Below, piece by piece: positions 57,721 to 64,000 of a stretch of 64,000 nt of DNA. The position numbers were made by a program, and so were the translations under genes. The DNA lies in the IMG/VR virus record IMGVR_UViG_3300017527_000643, positions 29,972 through 93,971 of that record, one strand, 5' to 3'. Position 1 is the first letter of the stretch. Each line of letters opens with the position of its first letter. Source of the stretch: a virus. The notes under the pieces are model-generated. The model was given only the letters and a program-made list of their open reading frames with translations. It searched no databases and had not been told where the DNA came from.

Positions 57721-57894
57721 ATGACAGAAAAAAACTTAGCTAAAATTTTGGTAGATAATGTTTCCACAGCCATGCAGCGCGAAAAGATGCTGCGTGATGT
57801 CGTCATGATCTTTATGGATAAGATAAAGGAATACAAAATCGAATTGACCGAAGAAGAGAAGTTGAAGATTCAAAAACTTCTGACAATGGAATAA
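57721..57894 (+). CDS. Hypothetical protein
   Basis: GAGG RBS. Confidence 0.5.
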   Translation: MTEKNLAKILVDNVSTAMQREKMLRDVVMIFMDKIKEYKIELTEEEKLKIQKLLTME

Positions 57895-57897
57895 GCC

Positions 57898-58350
57898 ATG
57901 GGCGATCCCACAAAAGAACTTGAAACAATGATGATGCTTGGGCAGATAGCAAAAACTATGCTCGAAGCCCGACAAGCTGAATTCCATAAGTCCAATCCAC
58001 ACATGAACGAAGCTGAATCCAAAGCAGCGGATTTACTTCAGAGCATGGTGCAAAAGAAATTCGATCAGATTATAGAAAAGAACAAAAAGGAAGGCTTTGA
58101 CTTTAGTGGAATGGATGTGCTGGAGTTACGGCTTTGGGCACCTGATGCTAAATGTGTGTTGATGCAGTTGCATGATTACCTCATGAAGGAATATGGGTTG
58201 TTCCACCACGTCGCACTTTCATCCGGGATAGTTATGATTGCTAAAGATAAACTGTTCTTCATCAGCCTGGTCATAAAGAAAATGAGCCAGGAAGATTTGT
58301 TCGGAGACAAAGATGGAATGCCCACTGTGCAAACTGGAAAAGAAGACTGA
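57898..58350 (+). CDS. Hypothetical protein
   Basis: 150 aa ORF in the operon. Confidence 0.55.
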   Translation: MGDPTKELETMMMLGQIAKTMLEARQAEFHKSNPHMNEAESKAADLLQSMVQKKFDQIIEKNKKEGFDFSGMDVLELRLWAPDAKCVLMQLHDYLMKEYGLFHHVALSSGIVMIAKDKLFFISLVIKKMSQEDLFGDKDGMPTVQTGKED

Positions 58351-58585
58351 TTGGTATTTTGAAAACGTGATGCTCGCAGTGCTTGAATGTAAAACCTGCA
58401 ACCTTCCCATGGTCGTGCTCAAACGGCATACCATGGAGCCAACAGCTAAAGAAGAGAAGGCTATGATTAGGGAGCTAACCAAGGTTGCAGACGCCTTCTT
58501 TGATGAAGGCAACTGGGCGCTAAGGAAGTATCAGCGCAACATCAAGGACCACCTTCACTTCCACGCTATCCCCAATAGGAGCTAA
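58313..58585 (+). CDS. HIT-like protein
   Basis: CPLC N-terminus, VVLKRH, HLHFH triad. Confidence 0.7.
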   Translation: MECPLCKLEKKTDWYFENVMLAVLECKTCNLPMVVLKRHTMEPTAKEEKAMIRELTKVADAFFDEGNWALRKYQRNIKDHLHFHAIPNRS

Positions 58586-58588
58586 ACA

Positions 58589-58939
58589 ATGGAAGAATGG
58601 GCGAAGGAATGGCAAGAGGGTGATCCAGACTTCGATGAAGAATCCATCGAATGGCTAAAGAAGCGCCCTTCATCTATAACGAAGTTGCTAATAAGGTTCC
58701 CACCCTCTTGTTTGGTCCAGGCAAACAGAACCCTAATGTGTCCTGCTCCTGGGGAAACAGGCATTGTAACGAGCTATTTTGAACCGGATGATGAGCATCC
58801 TGAAGGAATGGTGTCTGTTAGGAACCACGGCACAGATACACCAGTTAAGGCGCAATGTGAACCTGTATGGCTCAATGTTGTTGGCTACCATAGGGGCATC
58901 ACCCCTGAAGTAGTCAAAAAATTATTGGGGGAAGAATAA
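58589..58939 (+). CDS. Hypothetical protein
   Basis: AGGAGCTAAACAATG junction. Confidence 0.6.
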   Translation: MEEWAKEWQEGDPDFDEESIEWLKKRPSSITKLLIRFPPSCLVQANRTLMCPAPGETGIVTSYFEPDDEHPEGMVSVRNHGTDTPVKAQCEPVWLNVVGYHRGITPEVVKKLLGEE

Positions 58940-58942
58940 AGA

Positions 58943-59182
58943 ATGCACAAAAGAAAAAGAGGCATTAGATCATCAGCGCGTGAATTAGTAGATGAACAAG
59001 CTAAGAAACTTCGTAAACAAAAGCGCCCATACGCGGTAGGTCCAGCCGTCATAACCTTTCCTGGCTGGATGGTCATTCCGCTTCTTTGGGGCGCAATGGA
59101 AATGCTAAGAATGCCAGCGTTCCAGACATGTAAAGAATACATTATAGAAACGCAGAAACTATATAAGAAAGGTAAGGACTAA
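58943..59182 (+). CDS. Hypothetical protein
   Basis: In the operon. Confidence 0.5.
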   Translation: MHKRKRGIRSSARELVDEQAKKLRKQKRPYAVGPAVITFPGWMVIPLLWGAMEMLRMPAFQTCKEYIIETQKLYKKGKD

Positions 59183-59185
59183 ACA

Positions 59186-59404
59186 ATGGAATGCGCTGAA
59201 GGGTGTGAATGTAAATATGTGTTTGCTCACTGTGCAAATTGCCTAAAGAGCAATGAGCCGTCTGGTGTGATGGTTATGCTAATGTTTGACACCACTGTAG
59301 AAGCATATTGCAGGGTGTGCGGTTTACCGGTTTGGAGCCTTACAGGAGATTTTCACTTTGCTAATCTCCAGGAGGCAGAAGAACCGGGTGCACTAAAGCA
59401 TTAA
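59186..59404 (+). CDS. Small zinc-binding protein
   Basis: HCANC...YCRVC. Confidence 0.55.
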   Translation: MECAEGCECKYVFAHCANCLKSNEPSGVMVMLMFDTTVEAYCRVCGLPVWSLTGDFHFANLQEAEEPGALKH

Positions 59405-59414
59405 GGAATAAACA

Positions 59415-59606
59415 ATGACAGACGCGGAAAAGTATAAGCTACACAACCTTTGCTACCAGGCTAAGCTAGGAAAACCTATTAGTGAAGAAGACAGCAAATG
59501 GCTAAGAAAGATGTATAAGGCACACCCAGAAGAATATAAGGTGGTTCATAGAAAAGCTGCTCAAGAAGCAATAGATACCGTCAATCCTTTCGCTAACAGA
59601 ACCTAA
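59415..59606 (+). CDS. Hypothetical protein
   Basis: AGGAATAAACAATG start. Confidence 0.55.
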   Translation: MTDAEKYKLHNLCYQAKLGKPISEEDSKWLRKMYKAHPEEYKVVHRKAAQEAIDTVNPFANRT

Positions 59607-59653
59607 ACAATTTAGTCCCTCCTGGGCTATGCTATACAGCCAGGAGGGTACCG

Positions 59654-60001
59654 ATGAACATCCACGCCCAAAAAGCCATTCTACGCATCTCTAAATGTAC
59701 GAAAATGCTGGCAGATGAAGTGTATCGTCCTGATAAGCATGGGCGTCCTGAAGCATTAGAGATAGCAACTCAAATAGACGATAAATTTGTTGATATCCTG
59801 GAGCTAATAAATGAATTATTAGAGCTAGGCAAATTTGAGCTAAATGATCCTGCATCAGAAGAGTTGGCAGATACGCTTTTCAAGATTACAGAATACGCGC
59901 TTGAACATGTAGAAGCATTTTTAGGGAAAAGTAAACAAAGATCAATAGAAGACATTCCTGATGAAGAACTTGCTGAATCCATTGACTGGATTCAGGAATA
60001 G
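59654..60001 (+). CDS. Acidic protein with basic N-terminal extension
   Basis: AGGAGG RBS after TGCTATAC. Confidence 0.65.
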   Translation: MNIHAQKAILRISKCTKMLADEVYRPDKHGRPEALEIATQIDDKFVDILELINELLELGKFELNDPASEELADTLFKITEYALEHVEAFLGKSKQRSIEDIPDEELAESIDWIQE

Positions 60002-60012
60002 GGAGCAACCTA

Positions 60013-60276
60013 ATGACGCATAAACAGGTTACGAAGCCGCTGTTCAAGAAGACTGCATATGATCCTGTAGAGGAAGCAGAAACTAAAAGTAAACAAGAAC
60101 TGCTGCTGCAGATGATCGATTATAAATATACAAATCCTAAACAAGCTATTGGTGATCTTGTTGAGTCAATGACCAGTGAGGATTTGGACATCTGGCTTTA
60201 TGAACTAAAGAAAGAACTGGATTGGGACAATATAGATTCAGACCCCTCCCACGCACCGGATGGAAGTGACCAATGA
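60013..60276 (+). CDS. Acidic protein with basic N-terminus ending KKTA
   Basis: GGGAG RBS. Confidence 0.6.
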   Translation: MTHKQVTKPLFKKTAYDPVEEAETKSKQELLLQMIDYKYTNPKQAIGDLVESMTSEDLDIWLYELKKELDWDNIDSDPSHAPDGSDQ

Positions 60277-60647
60277 AACGCATGAGAGTGGTGGCGCTAA
60301 CCCGCGAAGAGCTACGAGAAATGGCATTAGAGGATATCCGGGAAACAGACGGCGATTGGCACCAGCGATACACTCAAGCTAAAGGCTTAGTGGAAGATCA
60401 CATAGCTAATGAGCTAGATGAAAAGCTCGCCAAGCTTCATGATCAAATGGCCCACCTTGAAGACCAGCGCCAAGAACTACTAAACTCGCTAGCTGATGAA
60501 GATTGGGAAGCGTTCAATAAAATTCTTCCCCAGAATCTTGTAAACGAGCTTACCTATTTCAATTCTGATCAAGCTATCGAAGACCGCGTACAGGAAATAT
60601 TGAGTGGTGATCTTGATCGTTGGGATGATGAAGTACCACCCGAATAA
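60273..60647 (+). CDS. Acidic coiled-coil protein with MKRMRVVA leader
   Basis: ATGA overlap; leader motif. Confidence 0.75.
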   Translation: MKRMRVVALTREELREMALEDIRETDGDWHQRYTQAKGLVEDHIANELDEKLAKLHDQMAHLEDQRQELLNSLADEDWEAFNKILPQNLVNELTYFNSDQAIEDRVQEILSGDLDRWDDEVPPE

Positions 60648-60650
60648 ACA

Positions 60651-61208
60651 ATGAAACGAATGCGGGTCATAGCGACTAAGCTTCGCGTAGAGTCTTTAGC
60701 ACTCAAAGATTATAATCAGGAATATGTGGACGATCCTGACTTTGTTGGGTTTCACTGCCAGCAAAATGAAAGAAGCAAATACGATGACTTCATTGGAGCA
60801 CAGTACGGGGGTGTGGAAGGTGGCCAGAACTACCTGATACATATCCTGGATGGCTTGTATGACGATATGCGCGACGAGGCAACGGAACTAGGATTGATGG
60901 ACACACCAGACAATCCTTATGACGATGACTATGAAGAGTGGGCGAACAAAGTAGAAGACTTCCTGGCATCCAAAAACATAAAGTGGATCTTCGTATCCGA
61001 AACCAAACCGCTCTCATCCTCTGGTGAAACCTACGGCGGCTATGGCGACAACTGCTACTATGTAATGCTCCCGCAAGATCTTATCATAACCGAATTTCAT
61101 GATGTCGGAGTGAACGATGCGGCTATGGCCTATGTGTACGACGCAAACAAAGGGCAACCTAAACTTATAGAAGTTGAAGAGCAGGAATCCGAAGACGCGG
61201 AATGGTGA
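60651..61208 (+). CDS. Acidic protein with MKRMRVIA leader; possible divergent ADP-ribosyltransferase fold
   Basis: VGFHC ... WIFVS ... YGDNCYYV pattern. Confidence 0.6.
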   Translation: MKRMRVIATKLRVESLALKDYNQEYVDDPDFVGFHCQQNERSKYDDFIGAQYGGVEGGQNYLIHILDGLYDDMRDEATELGLMDTPDNPYDDDYEEWANKVEDFLASKNIKWIFVSETKPLSSSGETYGGYGDNCYYVMLPQDLIITEFHDVGVNDAAMAYVYDANKGQPKLIEVEEQESEDAEW

Positions 61209-61209
61209 A

Positions 61210-63207
61210 ATGAAGCGCATGCGTGTTACAGCACTCTCTGTCAGAGCACAATACCTGTACCACGTTACAGATAGCAAGAACCTCCCCGACATAGCAGCCG
61301 AAGGATTGGCGATTGAAGAAGGTGGCGCACTCTCTAAAGGCCAGCATAAAGAATACTCGCAGGATAAGATCTTCCTTACAGATAAAGACACCATTCCCAA
61401 TTGGGAATATTATGTAAAGGAAATGACCTACCCGGACGACGACCCAGCCGTGCTAAGAGTAAACACCGATTACCTGGAAGAGATCCTGGTGGATGAAAAG
61501 GGTACGCATGACGCTCCTAAACTGATACCATTTGATTACAACAAACCAAGATTCCTGCCTGACCCAGACCCGACCACGTTTTCTTATTATACGGAAGAAA
61601 ACATTCCACCTGAAGCTATAGAAGTGCAAACCCCTGAAGGATGGGTCGCACTAGCAGCCCACCAGATACGTGCGTTCGAATGGCTGAATTACGTAGCTGA
61701 TGTGATACCGGGCGAAGTAGAAGCAGAGCGCATTATAGAAAAGATGGTGGTAAACATTGCCGACAAAATTGGTATAGATAAAGAGTCACTGGCGACTGAG
61801 CAAAAGAATACCACTTCAATTTTGTCAAAAATAGAGAACATGTTTGAGACTAACCCAGAGGCATTCGATAGGCTTTTGGAAAGTTCATTTTCTGCAGCAC
61901 AGCCAGACGATCCGACCCAGTTTGAATTGCCACCAGATGTACGTAACCTATTAGACCCTGCTCATTGGGAATTTCTTACAGAGGAAGACCCACGTCCAGA
62001 AGAAGATGAAGAAGAACCACCAAAAGTAAAGAAGCCGCCAGAAGTAAGGAAACCACTAGAAGTAAAGAAGCCAGTAAAGCGGAAGAAACAAGAACCCAGA
62101 TCAATCTATGATGAATTTGGTTTAGGTACGCCAAAAGACCAACCCAAGAAACCTGTTGAGCCTTCCAGCGTTCCTAAATGGGAACCGCTGGTAGAACAGC
62201 CTAAAAAGAAACCTAAAGAAAGAAAAGTCAAAGAAAAGGAACCTAAAGTAAAGGAACCAAGGCCCCCTAAAAAGCGGACGCCTAAGAAGCACCCCCCTGC
62301 TCCCCCCAAGCCTTACCCGAATTTAATTCCTATGGAAGAGCCACCGGAATCAGTACGGGAAAGCGAATTCTGGCGCGATGATGTGCGGGATGTTCTTAAA
62401 AGTAAATATATCGATCCTGTTGCTGCTCCCCAGGTAATAAACTTTATGTTTTATGTGGTGGAGCAAACCCATCCCGCACCCAGTTATGAGGCGCTGAAAA
62501 ATGAGATAGACTTTCTCTATGCATATCAGCCCGAAGAGTTTACTGAAGTACTAAACACTTCCATTGAGATGTACGAGAAAGAGCAACAGTTTGGACATGT
62601 AATAGAAAGACCTGAAGCAGAACCATTGGGATTTAAAGATTACTTTGAACTACCTGACGTTGAACTTGGCGAACCTGAAGATCCACTAAAGGGCGTTCAG
62701 GTTTCAGAAGAGCTTAAAAAGTATTTGAGAACTCCTATAGATGAGCTTATCCCATATACAGGACCACCAATTTCGCAGAGGAGTAATCAAATAAAGAGAA
62801 TGAGAACCAGGGCAGAAGCAAACCTCCAAACTAAACTCATCCAACTGAAACCACAAATGGCGAACGCTGCCCAGAAAGTTTACGACGAATGGGAACAAGA
62901 CGAAGAAGGCATCGATGAAGTGTTTGGTGCTGGTGGTCCATGTGATCAGATAGCAGATGCAATAGCAGGAGTCATAGTAGACAACATAGATGTAAACATA
63001 ACCGAAGGTGGTCATGAAGGCGACGACCATGCCTGGACCATAGCGTACACAAACACTGAAGCTTATGGAATAGACATCCCTCCAGAAACCTACGAAGAAG
63101 GTGGAGGCTATCGCTGGACTAAACTGAAGGATGTAAAGTTTACTCCAGAAGATGTAGAAATATTTCCACTGCATGAATTCTTGGAAGATATACTTGAGGA
63201 GGAATAA
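61210..63207 (+). CDS. Polyprotein with MKRMRVTA leader: ART-like domain, Pro/Lys-rich linker, acidic domains
   Basis: LYHVTDSKNLPDIAAEGL...IFLT...VLRV...YYTEENIPPEAI; C-terminal GGPCDQIADAI...DDHAW...DIPPETYE domain. Confidence 0.7.
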   Translation: MKRMRVTALSVRAQYLYHVTDSKNLPDIAAEGLAIEEGGALSKGQHKEYSQDKIFLTDKDTIPNWEYYVKEMTYPDDDPAVLRVNTDYLEEILVDEKGTHDAPKLIPFDYNKPRFLPDPDPTTFSYYTEENIPPEAIEVQTPEGWVALAAHQIRAFEWLNYVADVIPGEVEAERIIEKMVVNIADKIGIDKESLATEQKNTTSILSKIENMFETNPEAFDRLLESSFSAAQPDDPTQFELPPDVRNLLDPAHWEFLTEEDPRPEEDEEEPPKVKKPPEVRKPLEVKKPVKRKKQEPRSIYDEFGLGTPKDQPKKPVEPSSVPKWEPLVEQPKKKPKERKVKEKEPKVKEPRPPKKRTPKKHPPAPPKPYPNLIPMEEPPESVRESEFWRDDVRDVLKSKYIDPVAAPQVINFMFYVVEQTHPAPSYEALKNEIDFLYAYQPEEFTEVLNTSIEMYEKEQQFGHVIERPEAEPLGFKDYFELPDVELGEPEDPLKGVQVSEELKKYLRTPIDELIPYTGPPISQRSNQIKRMRTRAEANLQTKLIQLKPQMANAAQKVYDEWEQDEEGIDEVFGAGGPCDQIADAIAGVIVDNIDVNITEGGHEGDDHAWTIAYTNTEAYGIDIPPETYEEGGGYRWTKLKDVKFTPEDVEIFPLHEFLEDILEEE

Positions 63208-63210
63208 ACA

Positions 63211-63450
63211 ATGAAACGCATGCGAGTAGTAGCCTACCAACCGCAGGCTAAAGTCATCGTGGAATGCTCACACTCTGGGGCCGAAGCACTTCAAGCTCTG
63301 ATTGAATATATAAAGTCAAACGGCAACACCGGACACTCCTTTTCTATCATCGTAGACCCTGATGACAAAGATGCCAACGAATCATTCGGCTGGGACGGTG
63401 ACGGATCAGACAGCATCGGGGATATCAAAGTAGAGAACCTGGAGGACTAA
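63211..63450 (+). CDS. Small acidic protein with MKRMRVVA leader
   Basis: GAGGAGG RBS; GHSFSIIVDP...GWDGDGSD. Confidence 0.75.
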   Translation: MKRMRVVAYQPQAKVIVECSHSGAEALQALIEYIKSNGNTGHSFSIIVDPDDKDANESFGWDGDGSDSIGDIKVENLED

Positions 63451-63453
63451 ACA

Positions 63454-63690
63454 ATGACACCATATCAAAGAGGATTGCAGGATTGTTCACTGGATGACAT
63501 GGAGAATGCCCACTTTGCCAGCATCGGTGGGCTAAACAATAGAGACAATCCAGGCACACCAGATTATATAAAAGAATCAGACCGAAAAGAATATCTCCGT
63601 GGATACACAGACCAGGCGAAAGCACTTTACGGCGACGAATGGGAGGGTGTCCAATTCTCCTGGAATCCAATCCTGCAGATCAATCCGTAG
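63454..63690 (+). CDS. Hypothetical protein
   Basis: GGAGG RBS. Confidence 0.6.
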   Translation: MTPYQRGLQDCSLDDMENAHFASIGGLNNRDNPGTPDYIKESDRKEYLRGYTDQAKALYGDEWEGVQFSWNPILQINP

Positions 63691-63719
63691 TTCTGAGTAT
63701 AATGAAGTAGGAGGAGAAT

Positions 63720-63992
63720 GTGAAAGCCTACGCGCTAATCGTAAAAGCTACGGATGAGACAGAGACAATCGAACAAGTTGTAGAAGACCGCATCGTAACA
63801 GGCAATTTCGAAGATGAAGATGGTGCAACCTGGCAAGACGTAGTGGATTTCTTTGAGAAGAAGCACGGTAAAGATAATGTCAGGGTAGCACCTGTAGAAA
63901 TAGATTCCGATCTCAGCGATCCTGATGCTGTGGGCGCAGAACTGTATGAGAAGCTAAACTTGACCGCAAAGATCCCACCTTCCAATAATTAG
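63720..63992 (+). CDS. Acidic hypothetical protein
   Basis: TATAAT and AGGAGG upstream; GTG start; N-terminus ends IVKA. Confidence 0.55.
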   Translation: MKAYALIVKATDETETIEQVVEDRIVTGNFEDEDGATWQDVVDFFEKKHGKDNVRVAPVEIDSDLSDPDAVGAELYEKLNLTAKIPPSNN

Positions 63993-64000
63993 TTTACAAA

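Noticed and set aside
54680-63234. MKRMRVVA as a Sec or Tat signal peptide, or a DNA repeat
   Set aside because: No hydrophobic h-region or twin-arginine motif follows, and the codons differ at synonymous sites.
1-64000. Stop codon reassignment as seen in some large phages
   Set aside because: Conserved genes (ligA, AAA, vWA, baseplate J, speD) are intact in the standard code, and TAG, TGA and TAA all end genes next to new starts.
1-64000. CRISPR array, tRNA or rRNA genes
   Set aside because: No regularly spaced direct repeats or cloverleaf motifs seen by eye; intergenic gaps are short. A covariance-model search was not possible.

Overview
This window is part of a large contractile-tailed (myovirus-type, probably jumbo) bacteriophage genome. 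Almost all genes are on the + strand and use the standard genetic code. 1-24 kb is the tail and baseplate operon: tape measure, hub, gpV-like spike, gp25-like, baseplate J, two paralogous pairs of beta-helix/LamG fibre proteins, a wedge-like protein and an Ala-rich fibre; a reverse-strand DHH phosphoesterase interrupts it. 24-34 kb holds an NAD-dependent DNA ligase, a GC-rich block behind near-identical sigma70-type promoters (DUF6744-like, RavA-like AAA+ ATPase, ViaA-like vWA) with an XRE-HTH plus ImmA-like protease pair inside it, then a CheY-like receiver, an RmlC-like epimerase and small regulators. 34-64 kb is an accessory region with a second structural island, a metallophosphoesterase, SAM decarboxylase, a HIT-like protein and many very acidic proteins. 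The main observation: six unrelated, mostly acidic proteins start with the same basic octapeptide MKR(M/V)RV(V/I/T)A, written in divergent synonymous codons, and a seventh copy is buried at an apparent fossil gene junction. Related amphipathic Ala-containing linkers separate the domains of polyproteins that carry ADP-ribosyltransferase-like domains. I infer a capsid-targeting and protease-processing tag system that loads ejected effector proteins into the virion, analogous to but different from the T4 capsid targeting sequence. All family assignments come from motif recognition, not database searches.
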